Of a DNA stretch of 27,167 bases, positions 1 through 8,143 are shown in pieces (positions within the stretch are counted from its first letter, which is position 1; each line of letters starts with the position of its first letter). This stretch comes from a virus (taxonomy: Duplodnaviria > Caudoviricetes): positions 1 through 27,167 of the IMG/VR virus record IMGVR_UViG_3300011339_000664; one strand, 5' to 3'. Made by a program: the position numbers and the translations under genes. The notes beneath the pieces are model-generated. The model did no database searches and was not told where the DNA came from. It saw nothing but the letters and a program-made list of their open reading frames with translations.

Positions 1-1105
1 TGCCCGCCAAGGTAATAGTCCCAGACGTAGTTATCGGGCCGCCAGAAGTGGTCAGGCCCGTAGTGCCGCCGGACACTGCCACCGAGGTCACAGTTCCAGA
101 CCCACCGCCACCACCTGTGGAATTAATCGTCTGATTTGGCCAAGTGCCCGTGATGGTAACGTTGGTGCCCGCGACCAGCGCCGGAGTGGCCGTGCCGGTG
201 CCGCCATTGGTTACAGGCAGCAGGCCCGTCACGCCGGTTGTCAAGGGCAAACCCGTGGCGTTGGTCAGAGTGCCGCTGGATGGCGTCCCAAGGGCGCCGC
301 CGGGGGCTACATAGTCAGTGCCTGCTGTGGCCGCAGAAATGGCCGTTCCGTTGCCTTTAAGGATGCCAGTGACGCTGGTAGACAGCGTAATGGCCGGAGT
401 GGTCGTGGCCGTGGCCACTGTGCCAGCAAGTCCATTGGCAGAAACAACAGAAACCGAAGTAACCGTGCCCGAGCCGCCGCCGCCAGGAGGCGTGGCCCAA
501 GTGCCATCGTTACGCAAAAAGGTCGTTGTGCCGCCGGTCGGGGCTGGGATGGCGTAGGAGTTCCAAGTGAACGTGCCGTCGCCCAAGTACAAGGCTTTCC
601 ACCTGAGTGACGAACCACCCAAGAAATACAAGTTGTCTGTGGCCGGAGCAAATCCAACGCCCGCAACGGCAGCCGCCACAGCGTTGAGCACCAAGTTGTT
701 GCCCGAGGCCGTTATGCTGGCCGTTCCCGCGCCTACGTTATATGTCGTGGCGTAGACGTTGTTCCAATTTGTACCGGACGCGCCTAGGTTGTTGGTATTG
801 TTACCCGCGCCGCGCCATGCGTCAGCCAAAAGAACAACGGCGTTAGTGGAGTTAGCCAAACCCACTGAGGAGCCAACAGATGTAACGGCTTGGATACCAC
901 TGTAAGTACCAATATTGGCGCCGTTAAAAGTTGAATTGTTGGTTGTGATTGCGCCGTTATTGGTAACGGTCTGCAATGTCTGAGAAACGCTCAAGCTAGC
1001 AACGGTGGCCTTCTTAGTGACGCCACTTTGTACCAGCGGAACTTCCTCAGACCCAGTTAAGGGGGTCGTTGCTGCTGGCAGTTGGGAAATCTTTACATCT
1101 GCCAT
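1..1105 (-). CDS. Fibre/spike-like virion protein, 3'-truncated by window start (>=368 aa; not in ORF track)
   Basis: ATG at 1105 with AAGGAG SD overlapping the upstream stop. Open frame runs to position 1: [37 protein letters not shown]...[16 protein letters not shown]...[11 protein letters not shown]...[32 protein letters not shown]. Gly/Thr/Ser-rich and shares modules with the fibre at 25190-27167. Confidence 0.85.
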   Translation of the reverse strand, partial: MADVKISQLPAATTPLTGSEEVPLVQSGVTKKATVASLSVSQTLQTVTNNGAITTNNSTFNGANIGTYSGIQAVTSVGSSVGLANSTNAVVLLADAWRGAGNNTNNLGASGTNWNNVYATTYNVGAGTASITASGNNLVLNAVAAAVAGVGFAPATDNLYFLGGSSLRWKALYLGDGTFTWNSYAIPAPTGGTTTFLRNDGTWATPPGGGGSGTVTSVSVVSANGLAGTVATATTTPAITLSTSVTGILKGNGTAISAATAGTDYVAPGGALGTPSSGTLTNATGLPLTTGVTGLLPVTNGGTGTATPALVAGTNVTITGTWPNQTINSTGGGGGSGTVTSVAVSGGTTGLTTSGGPITTSGTITLAG

Positions 1106-1116
1106 TGCGGCGCTCC

Positions 1117-1383
1117 TTATTCGTACACGATTGTATATTCAATGGTACTAGCAACGTCAATGTACAGACCATTGCTAAACCAGATACCAGCGGGAAACGA
1201 CAAATACTGCGTGCCCGCAGTCACGGTCACAGTATTAGCAATTTTAGGGTCGCTGGTGCTAGCCGTTGCGCTATCGTACAGCGCAAAGGTGCCGCTGCTG
1301 GTAGAGGAGATAAAAATACCGTACAGCTTGCCGCCGCCGATTTTGACCTGCGCGTCTGCATTGCCTTGTTTATAGATAGCCAT
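1117..1383 (-). CDS. Small all-beta virion-associated protein (88 aa), function unknown
   Basis: AAGGAA SD, in operon between the Dps-like gene and the fibre gene. Alternating hydrophobic pattern ([29 protein letters not shown]) suggests a beta-sandwich. Confidence 0.75.
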   Translation of the reverse strand: MAIYKQGNADAQVKIGGGKLYGIFISSTSSGTFALYDSATASTSDPKIANTVTVTAGTQYLSFPAGIWFSNGLYIDVASTIEYTIVYE

Positions 1384-1393
1384 GATTGTTTCC

Positions 1394-1762
1394 TTATGCT
1401 AAAAAGCGGAGTTTATACAGGGTAGTCAAGTACAACTCTACGATATTATCAATGAGTTGCTGGAGCGACGAATCAGATTTATCGCACACTTCATAGCGAA
1501 CTTTCTCGATTTCATCGAGTTGGCTCTTTAAAAAGTCAATAATGTTGGCCGTCTTGGTAGCCGAATGCAGAGTAATTGGCCCCATCAAACCATGACGGCC
1601 CTGATAGGCTTCTGCAAACGCGTCGGCGTGGTCAATGATGGTGTCGTAGAAGGTATTGAGCGCGACGTGCTTGGAGTAGCTGCGCGTGTTTAGGTGGACG
1701 CTATGGGCCACGTCGCGGGCTAGGAATAGCATTCCTACAAAGTCTGCGGCTTTGTATGTCAT
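1394..1762 (-). CDS. Dps/ferritin-like four-helix protein (DUF5856-like), 122 aa
   Basis: HLNTRSYSKHVALNTFYDTIIDHADAFAEAY parallels the Dps signature H-W-N...H...Y...D-x-x-A-E. ATGA overlap with the portal stop. Confidence 0.7.
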   Translation of the reverse strand: MTYKAADFVGMLFLARDVAHSVHLNTRSYSKHVALNTFYDTIIDHADAFAEAYQGRHGLMGPITLHSATKTANIIDFLKSQLDEIEKVRYEVCDKSDSSLQQLIDNIVELYLTTLYKLRFLA

Positions 1763-3939
1763 TGTGGCATTCCCATAGGTTGTTGCTCCATGCCTTCTTG
1801 CGGCATCTCGGTGTCCATATCACGCCCAGGCATCTCAGATACCAGATCGCCAGAGGTAATCATGCCGTGGACGGTGCCCAAAACGATGTCTTGAATCTGC
1901 TCGGGCGACATAGACGCCTGCACAGCGGAAATGCGCTGCGTCTCGGCTTGGTACGCCTTGACTTGGGCCTCGAAATCCTTGCGGTGCATATCTTGCGCCT
2001 CAATAGACTTGCCAGCATTCACAATCATTTGGTGCATCTGCTCCATCTCTTGGCCCATCGCCTGGATTTGCTGCTCAGCGGCCTGCAGCTCGGGCGGCTT
2101 GTCGCCGTCTTGCATCAGTTTGGGGTCGATGGTCTTGGCAAACCGCTTGGCCATCTCTTGGGCGCCCGGCCAGTCCATGTTCTTGACGAACAGATCACCA
2201 GCCACCTGCCATAGCTGCGGGTTGCCCTGCAACAGTTGGCCCATCGCCTCCAGCGCCTCTTGGCGCTTGGTCGCGTAGCCTGGGCCGGTGGTGGCCACCA
2301 CGTCGTACTTGCCGACGCCGGGGTTGTAAATCTTGTCGATCACAATGCCCTGCTGATCCATGATCTTCTTGACCGGCTCGGCCTGCATCGGGTCAATCTT
2401 GACCATGCTTGTCTCGCCGTCCTCACCAATCACCCGCGCAATGCGCTGGGTGTCGTAGATTTTAGGGATCAGGTCGATCAGTTGGCGTGTCAGGTAGCGC
2501 ACGCCACGGGCCAGGTTGTCACCATAGTGGTAAGTCCCAACATCACCCTCGCGCTGCCGCGCAAGGATAGCTTTGCCGCTGCGCTCGTTAGATGTCATAC
2601 CCAAAGAAGCGTTGTACTGGCCAGTGGACGATTTAATGTCCTCAGAGGCACCAGCTTTCGCCTGCAACAGACCGCTGGAGGCCATTGGGGGCTGGGCACG
2701 CTGTGGTAGCGGCAAAGTGGCGCCTTGGCCGTCTGTAACGTCTGGATTGACCTCCAAATATGGCCAGTTGGTCGTATTGGCTGTTTTCCACTGGTTTTCA
2801 TAGCCTTCAAACTGACCGCCGTACCCAATAAATGGTGCTTTGGGTGCCAGCGCCAGCATTTCAGCTTCTTGGGACACCCAATAGTTGTACATCCGCTGGG
2901 CATCCTTGGCGTTACGCACCAGGCCAGAGACATACAAGCGACCGTCAACCTCAAATTCATTGCCAACAATGCGTACAACGGGGATATATTTGCCCGCCCA
3001 CTCGCGTTCTTCAAGGATTTCGTAGCCGTTGATCTTGCAATACTTGATTCGTGGCCGGTCAGACTGACGCGACTTCTTGGGCTTGCCATAAATGGCCCGC
3101 AACTGCTTGTCCTCGGGCGTCCCGTTAAACGCCGTGGCGTTGCCTGGGTACAAATTGAGCGTACCCTTGTCGTAATCAACGTAATAGTAATCAGCAATGC
3201 GGATCGTGTCCTCATTGAGCCACTGGGACAGGTTTTGGTCGCCTACACCCAAAGATTGCAGCGTCGTAATGGGCGCCGAATTGGGGTACATCCGCACATA
3301 ATCGTCTTTGGTGATGTCCTCGGTGATAAAACACCATTTGGCATCCGATCCGCACGGGTCTTGGATGGTCGGGTCCATGTAGACCGAAAAGCTGTTGCGA
3401 ATCCGGCCAATTTTGATATCTTGGTCAAAGGTGTCGTCGTCGCAATACTCGGTCAGGATGCGGATGTAGCCTTCTCCGTAGGAGACTTGGTTTTCGCAGG
3501 CGGTGTCGTAAGCGACATCTGCGTCCGAGATGTACTCAATATGCCTGACCATGCCGTTAAATACTTCTGCGACATCAATGTCTGCGTGGTCATCGGCTGG
3601 AATAACCTTGCCAGTTGGCCTGTTTTGACGTTGGTCATTGGTCACTTGCCGGACGTGCTGCGGCAGTTTGTTGATAGTTAGGCATGGGCGGGCGTTGATC
3701 GTCTGACCCTGGACCGCGCCGCGAGTGGCCAGCACATCAGCGGGCCATTGCCACTGGTTGTCTGGGCTACCGGCGTAGAACCGCAGGTCGTCGATCTCAT
3801 CTTCGCGGCTTTCGGACAACGCCGAGATCGCCATGTCCAGTCGGCTGCGGGCGGTGGCCAGGATATTGGAGGTGCTGTCCTTTTGACCGCCTCCGTTGGC
3901 TACCGCTCCGGCGGCTGCTATGCCTGTGTAATCAGCCAT
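1759..3939 (-). CDS. Portal protein, P22-like (726 aa)
   Basis: P22-portal-like segments (DDLRFYAG...QW, RPCLTINKLPQHVRQV, GLVRNAKDAQRMYNYW, SGKAILARQREG, GKYDVVATTGPGYATKRQEA), Gln-rich C-terminal coiled barrel, position after terL. Confidence 0.92.
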   Translation of the reverse strand: MADYTGIAAAGAVANGGGQKDSTSNILATARSRLDMAISALSESREDEIDDLRFYAGSPDNQWQWPADVLATRGAVQGQTINARPCLTINKLPQHVRQVTNDQRQNRPTGKVIPADDHADIDVAEVFNGMVRHIEYISDADVAYDTACENQVSYGEGYIRILTEYCDDDTFDQDIKIGRIRNSFSVYMDPTIQDPCGSDAKWCFITEDITKDDYVRMYPNSAPITTLQSLGVGDQNLSQWLNEDTIRIADYYYVDYDKGTLNLYPGNATAFNGTPEDKQLRAIYGKPKKSRQSDRPRIKYCKINGYEILEEREWAGKYIPVVRIVGNEFEVDGRLYVSGLVRNAKDAQRMYNYWVSQEAEMLALAPKAPFIGYGGQFEGYENQWKTANTTNWPYLEVNPDVTDGQGATLPLPQRAQPPMASSGLLQAKAGASEDIKSSTGQYNASLGMTSNERSGKAILARQREGDVGTYHYGDNLARGVRYLTRQLIDLIPKIYDTQRIARVIGEDGETSMVKIDPMQAEPVKKIMDQQGIVIDKIYNPGVGKYDVVATTGPGYATKRQEALEAMGQLLQGNPQLWQVAGDLFVKNMDWPGAQEMAKRFAKTIDPKLMQDGDKPPELQAAEQQIQAMGQEMEQMHQMIVNAGKSIEAQDMHRKDFEAQVKAYQAETQRISAVQASMSPEQIQDIVLGTVHGMITSGDLVSEMPGRDMDTEMPQEGMEQQPMGMPQ

Positions 3940-4079
3940 TATTTTTTCTTTGCTGGCGCCGGTTGGCGCTTGACCGCATACGCTATGGCAACGGCCTGTT
4001 TGACCGGCTTACCGGCCTTAACTTCAGCCGCCACGTTCTTGCGGAAGGCTTCAGGTGATTTTGATTTAACCAGCGGCAT
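3939..4079 (-). CDS. Small basic protein (46 aa) with KQAVAIAY motif
   Basis: ATG at 4079 directly after the terL stop; TAATG overlap with the portal start. [46 protein letters not shown]. The longer track start lies inside terL. Confidence 0.75.
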   Translation of the reverse strand: MPLVKSKSPEAFRKNVAAEVKAGKPVKQAVAIAYAVKRQPAPAKKK

Positions 4080-4080
4080 A

Positions 4081-5604
4081 TTAAGACCCCATCCATGAGT
4101 TATGCACTGCGCTGCCTTGGGAGTTAACGCGGCGTGTCGGCTCAGTATACTCGCGGTGGGCCACGGGAAAAGCAAACGTCACGCAAATAGCGTCCGCTGC
4201 GTCTGGTGATGCAAGGCCCCGCGATTTCATATCTTTCTTGCTCTCCAAGAAAATGGTTCCACGTGAATCAGGCTTCATCTTAGGCGAAATCAAGTCCGTC
4301 TTCAAGAACCTGTCTGTCGGAATACTAGCAGATTTTAGCCACTCCCGCATCTCGCCCCACATCTGGGCGCGCATATTTCCGTACATTATCGGGTTTTTCG
4401 CCTTATTCCCGAAGTTTATGCCCTTGATTTTGTACCGCTGCTCCTTGAGCCTGTCCACGATCCCAGCGCCCAGCCCACCCTCGTCGATCACCACCAGCGT
4501 CGGCTTGTACTCCTCTATGGCCTCAATGACGTGCCCGACCACCGTCATAGTGTCGTCGCCCCGATGCCGCGCTATATGCACGATGTCCCGCCCCTGGCGC
4601 ACGGCGATGACCGTGGCGTCGGCGCCGTAGCGCGCCGGATCAACCCCAATGATAATCGGCGCCGACAGGTCTTTGTACCGCTCCCGCTTCATGGCCTCGT
4701 CCACCACGTCCGCTGGAATGAACTGGTCATCCCCCGCGCTGGGGAACATCCCGTAGACCTCAACGTGCGCCTGACTGCTGTCTGCGCCGTACTCCTGAAT
4801 GATCCGCTCGTAGACCTGTTTGTCGGTGCCCTCGACCGTGCGGGCGTCTACCACCTTGGTTTTCCAGAATTCCCGCTTGGAGTTAAACGCCTCGTAGAAG
4901 TACCCCGTGTTGCGCCGGGGGTTGGAGAACGCCAGCCAGAACCTGTTGGGCGTGTTCTCGGTGAAGAACCCGCTGGTCACCGCCCAGATCGCGTCGGCGA
5001 TACCACTGGCCTCGTCGAAGATCACCAGCACCCCGTCGTAGTTATGCACCCCAGCGTAGGCGTCTGGGTTCTCCTCCGACCACAGCCGCCCCTCGACGCC
5101 CCAGTAGCGCGTGCCCTTCTTGAGGTCACGCTCGACCAGTTCGGTTAGCCACTTGGCCGGCATCAGCCGAGTGGCGCTGACCTCAAACCAGTGCGAGTTG
5201 AGCGACATCGCCAGCCACTTGGTGATCTCGGCCCAGGTGATGCTGCGCAGTTGGGACTCCGAGTTGGCCGAGATGATGGTCGATGACCCGATGCGGGTGG
5301 ACAGCATCCAGATCGTGACCCAACTGACCAGGGCCGACTTGCCAATACCGCGCCCCGACGAGATCGCCTCTTGCAGCACGTTGAAGTCCACCTGCCCCTT
5401 GTTTTCTTGGATGTGGTCGGCGATGTCTTGCAGCACCTCGCGCTGCCACTTGCGCGGCCCCTTGAAGTGTTCCAGCGGCGTGCCCTTGACGCCCCACGGG
5501 AACACCAGCATCACAAAGTTCAGCGGGCTGTCTTTGATGCGCGGCGTCCACAGACGCGCCATCAGTTCCTGTTCGTCTTCAGCGCTGTATCTGGTGGACT
5601 GCAT
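4081..5604 (-). CDS. terL: Terminase large subunit (507 aa)
   Basis: Walker A SGRGIGKS, Walker [10 protein letters not shown], coupling motif SNP, RNase H-like nuclease acidic motifs [17 protein letters not shown] and SPDAADA. GAGG SD before ATG 5604. Confidence 0.95.
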   Translation of the reverse strand: MQSTRYSAEDEQELMARLWTPRIKDSPLNFVMLVFPWGVKGTPLEHFKGPRKWQREVLQDIADHIQENKGQVDFNVLQEAISSGRGIGKSALVSWVTIWMLSTRIGSSTIISANSESQLRSITWAEITKWLAMSLNSHWFEVSATRLMPAKWLTELVERDLKKGTRYWGVEGRLWSEENPDAYAGVHNYDGVLVIFDEASGIADAIWAVTSGFFTENTPNRFWLAFSNPRRNTGYFYEAFNSKREFWKTKVVDARTVEGTDKQVYERIIQEYGADSSQAHVEVYGMFPSAGDDQFIPADVVDEAMKRERYKDLSAPIIIGVDPARYGADATVIAVRQGRDIVHIARHRGDDTMTVVGHVIEAIEEYKPTLVVIDEGGLGAGIVDRLKEQRYKIKGINFGNKAKNPIMYGNMRAQMWGEMREWLKSASIPTDRFLKTDLISPKMKPDSRGTIFLESKKDMKSRGLASPDAADAICVTFAFPVAHREYTEPTRRVNSQGSAVHNSWMGS

Positions 5605-5989
5605 CGACAACCTCAATTACGCGCAATTCGGCTTCTTGAAGCGCTTGGGTGATAGAAATGCGCTGGTCGATGTCCACCGAGATGGACTGCTTGGCCACCC
5701 AGCCGTGTTGGTGCTTGAGGACTTCAAGCGCCGCCTTGGCGTCGCCCTCTAACGCTGCTTTGCGCAGTATCTGGGCCATCTCGCGTTCGCCGTCGGCTTT
5801 GCCCTTGTCTGCGGCCATCTTGGCCAGTGGGTCAAATTGGCACAAATGGTGGTACTCATCAGGTCGCATTCCAGAAGCAAGCGCCAGAGTGTCGCCCTTG
5901 AGCCCCAGCCTACCGGCGTCGTAAATTGCTTGCAAGCGCGACTCAGTGGCCTTGACATGGCGGACTGTAAGCGGCAGTGACTTGAACAT
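5579..5989 (-). CDS. terS: Terminase small subunit (136 aa)
   Basis: AAGGAGAA SD before ATG 5989. HTH-like N-half (GDTLALASGMRPDEY), helical oligomerisation segment (GDAKAALEVLKHQHGW), overlaps the terL start. Confidence 0.8.
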   Translation of the reverse strand: MFKSLPLTVRHVKATESRLQAIYDAGRLGLKGDTLALASGMRPDEYHHLCQFDPLAKMAADKGKADGEREMAQILRKAALEGDAKAALEVLKHQHGWVAKQSISVDIDQRISITQALQEAELRVIEVVDAVHQIQR

Positions 5990-6021
5990 CTGTTCTCCTT
6001 CGCCTGGTGGCGTGTTCTGTG

Positions 6022-6045
6022 AGTTTATACCAAAAAAAATTTTGT
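6022..6045 (-). promoter_or_regulatory. Putative late promoter (extended -10 TGGTATAAACT preceded by an A/T tract)
   Basis: Minus strand reads AAAATTTTTTTTGGTATAAACT about 33 nt upstream of the terS ATG. No clear -35. Confidence 0.5.
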
Positions 6046-6119
6046 TTGTGGCCCCTCCGTCAACGTTGGCCCTTCCGCTCGGCCCTACCCGGGTGGCCTC
6101 GAGCAAAAAGCGATTGAGC

Positions 6120-6271
6120 GCCAGGCCGGCAGGCCGATGGCCAGGCAGGCCGATGGCCAGGCAGGCCGGCAGGCCGGCAGGCCGGCAGGCCGGCAGGCCG
6201 GCAGGCCGGCAGGCCGATGGCCAGGCAGGCCGGCAGGCCGATGGCCAGGCAGGCCGGCAGGCCGATGGCCT
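6120..6271. repeat. Tandem array of 19 octamers of two types, GGCAGGCC (A) and GATGGCCA (B)
   Basis: Parsed by hand as A' A B A B A A A A A A A B A A B A A B' (13 perfect A, 4 perfect B, plus GCCAGGCC and GATGGCCT). Every unit contains GGCC. Confidence 0.95.
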
Positions 6272-6276
6272 GGCGG

Positions 6277-6632
6277 TGTTGGCTATGTTGGCTATGCCAA
6301 CGCCATCGGTGCGCAGGCCGATGGCCATCGGACCATGTTGGCCATGTTGGCTATTTGATTTGCATGGCCAACATGGCCTAAATAATGCGCCAGCGCAGCG
6401 CGCAGTTTTATGCGTGGATCATGGGGGCGTGGGTCACATTGGCACTTTAGACAGCCAATTTAAATCGCTACAGCTAAAACACATACATTTCACATTATGA
6501 AATATATAGATAATCTGTTTTTAAGATATATAAACAAATAGCCAATATAGCCAACAAGCTACATTTTGAGAGGAGCGCAGCACAATGCAACCACGCCAAC
6601 ACAGCACCCACACAATCGCCAACAGCACCCAC
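6277..6632. repeat. Iteron-like TGTTGGC(T/C)A repeats, direct and inverted, flanking an AT-rich core; putative replication origin
   Basis: Direct copies at 6277, 6286, 6336 and 6345. Perfect 14-bp inverted repeat 6333-6346/6363-6376. 22/25 inverted repeat 6336-6360/6532-6556. 14-bp palindrome 6318-6331. AT-rich stretch ~6457-6540. Direct repeat CGCCAAC(AC)AGCACCCAC at 6594 and 6617. Origin function is inferred. Confidence 0.6.
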
Positions 6633-6678
6633 TAAAACAGCCAATGCGTACAATTCTATAAATTGTCACCATCTAAAC

Positions 6679-6722
6679 TGTAAAGAAATCTATTACAATA
6701 CAACCATGGCAACATCGCCATG
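6679..6722 (+). promoter_or_regulatory. Putative early promoter with operator-like TGTAA-N9-TTACA and a 5' hairpin
   Basis: TACAAT at 6694-6699 overlaps the right arm of TGTAA(6679-83)...TTACA(6693-97). CATGGC-AACATC-GCCATG hairpin at 6705-6722. AAAGG SD before ATG 6746. Confidence 0.5.
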
Positions 6723-6745
6723 CAATAAAGTAAAGGCAAATCACC

Positions 6746-7501
6746 ATGACTAAAATTCTAGGCTACATCGCATACGAGGGCCCCAGCAAAATAGACGGCG
6801 CGCCCATTGTCGTTATCATCAATAAAATCACCGACGCTAGTAAGAACGAGAAAACCGGCGCGCTGGTGCAGTCGTTCATTATTCGGTCCGACGTTAACCC
6901 GGTCCAAGCACTGCAAACCGGCGCCGATGCAAGCATATGCGGCGATTGTGTGCACCGGCCGATCACAGCGAAGGAAACCGGCGATCCACCATGCTATGTG
7001 CAGGTGGCCAAATCGGTGCTATCGGTTTACAACGCATATAAACGAGGCCGCTATGTTAAGGCGGACCCGGCCACAATCGCGCGCGCACTGGCCGGTAAAG
7101 TAGTGCGCATTGGCACTTATGGCGATGGCGCGGCCGCACCAGTGCGGATGTGGACCCAAATAACCCGATACGCGGCCGGCGTGCGTGGATATTCGCACCA
7201 GTGGCAGAACAAGGGATTTGATCACGCCGCATGGGCGCCGCTAGTGATGGCCAGCGCCGATACCCTGGAACAAGCTGCATTGGCCAATCTTTACGGTATG
7301 CGGGTTTTCCGGGTATCAATCGGCGTGGATAAACAACCCGGCGAGACAGTATGCCCGGCCAGCGCCGAAGGCGGCCGCAAATCGACGTGCGTTAAATGCA
7401 CGCTATGCAGTGGCACCCGCGTCCAGGCGCGCGACGTAGTGATCGCCGATCACGCGGCCGGGCACGACCGGCGCCGCGTGATTATGATGGCCAGCGCATA
7501 A
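6746..7501 (+). CDS. Cys-rich radical-SAM-like protein of the GP88/DUF7227 type (251 aa), first early gene
   Basis: SKNEKTG, C-x2-C-x14-CY (ICGDC...PPCYV), VVRIGTYGD, GYSHQW, VMASAD and C-terminal CPAS-x8-CVKCTLC. Family recalled from the motif pattern, not searched. Confidence 0.65.
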   Translation: MTKILGYIAYEGPSKIDGAPIVVIINKITDASKNEKTGALVQSFIIRSDVNPVQALQTGADASICGDCVHRPITAKETGDPPCYVQVAKSVLSVYNAYKRGRYVKADPATIARALAGKVVRIGTYGDGAAAPVRMWTQITRYAAGVRGYSHQWQNKGFDHAAWAPLVMASADTLEQAALANLYGMRVFRVSIGVDKQPGETVCPASAEGGRKSTCVKCTLCSGTRVQARDVVIADHAAGHDRRRVIMMASA

Positions 7502-7512
7502 AGGGGCACATT

Positions 7513-7740
7513 ATGAGCATTAAGACTATGCGCGCACGTTACCCCGGCCGGTGCGCGGCCACTGGCGCGCCGTTTAAACCCGGCGCGCTGATTTATTACG
7601 ACGGTCGCACTAAACGTGCGACGCTGGCGCCGGTGGCCAATACCATAACGTTTATCGGCGAGCATGGCCCAACGACGTTTATTCGAAACGCGCGCGGCCG
7701 GTGCGAAGATGCACCATGTTGCGAATGCTGCACTATCTAG
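7513..7740 (+). CDS. Small Cys-rich putative metal-binding protein (75 aa)
   Basis: AAGGGG SD then ATG 7513. RARYPGRCAATG at the N-terminus and RCEDAPCCECC at the C-terminus. Confidence 0.8.
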   Translation: MSIKTMRARYPGRCAATGAPFKPGALIYYDGRTKRATLAPVANTITFIGEHGPTTFIRNARGRCEDAPCCECCTI

Positions 7741-7782
7741 GGTTATCTGCAAGCGCTGCGCGCCAGCGCTTGCGGGCTAATC
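7741..7782 (+). other. Long intergenic RNA stem-loop (possible RNase III processing site)
   Basis: GGTTA-TCT-GCAAGCGCTG-cgcgc-CAGCGCTTGC-GGG-c-TAATC: perfect 10-bp core extendable to ~18 bp with G-U pairs, no U-tract. Confidence 0.6.
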
Positions 7783-7811
7783 TTGGCCGATACAGTAAAT
7801 TGGAGTACATC

Positions 7812-8012
7812 ATGCGAAATTATGGGGAAACTAAAGCCCAGCGCCAAGCGCGCTACTTGGCCGAATTTAGCGACGCCGTCGTAAGCGCCGACCCTACGCA
7901 CGCTGGCCGGATCGAATGGCCAACGGCGCTACACTTTTATTTTACCGGCGTGCCGGTCGCCGACGCGGCGGCGCAATATGTGGCCAACCGTGCCGATGAG
8001 GTGGCCAAGTGA
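7812..8012 (+). CDS. Hypothetical early protein (66 aa)
   Basis: GGAG SD at 7802, ATG 7812 (MRNYGETKAQRQARYLAEF...). The track start at 7701 would run through the hairpin. Confidence 0.8.
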   Translation: MRNYGETKAQRQARYLAEFSDAVVSADPTHAGRIEWPTALHFYFTGVPVADAAAQYVANRADEVAK

Positions 8013-8143
8013 AGGCGGGCCAATATATCCACATTAGTCTATATGGCCGTCTTGAGCGCGTGCTAATTCTGGCCATACGTCGCGCCGGGACCATCGACGT
8101 GCAGCGCAGCGATGGCCAATGTTACAGAGTGAGCGGCCTATGA
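8009..8143 (+). CDS. Hypothetical early micro-protein (44 aa; not in track)
   Basis: GAGG SD, GTGA overlap with the upstream stop. MKAGQYIHISLYGRLERVLILAIRRAGTIDVQRSDGQCYRVSGL, with a small beta-barrel-like pattern. Confidence 0.7.
   Translation: MKAGQYIHISLYGRLERVLILAIRRAGTIDVQRSDGQCYRVSGL

Noticed and set aside
307-1425. Track ORFs 307-666, 318-557, 567-755, 1069-1425 and 1082-1375
   Set aside because: Alternative-frame or antisense to the fibre gene (1-1105) and the 88-aa gene.
1756-5924. Long + strand ORFs opposite portal and terminase (e.g. 2725-3681, 4531-5148, 5111-5752)
   Set aside because: Antisense shadows of GC-rich codon usage, with no recognisable motifs.
6120-6380. Repeat array as a CRISPR or mini-array
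   Set aside because: Units are 8-9 bp with no unique spacers. The Cas4-like gene is the usual DUF2800 replication-module nuclease.
5946-6500. 184-aa and 73-aa + strand ORFs and the 113-aa N-terminal extension of terS with RPAGRQAG / PACRPAG repeats
   Set aside because: The octamer units contain no stop codon on either strand, so frames stay open by default. The unit length is not a multiple of 3, and terS has a strong SD at 5989.
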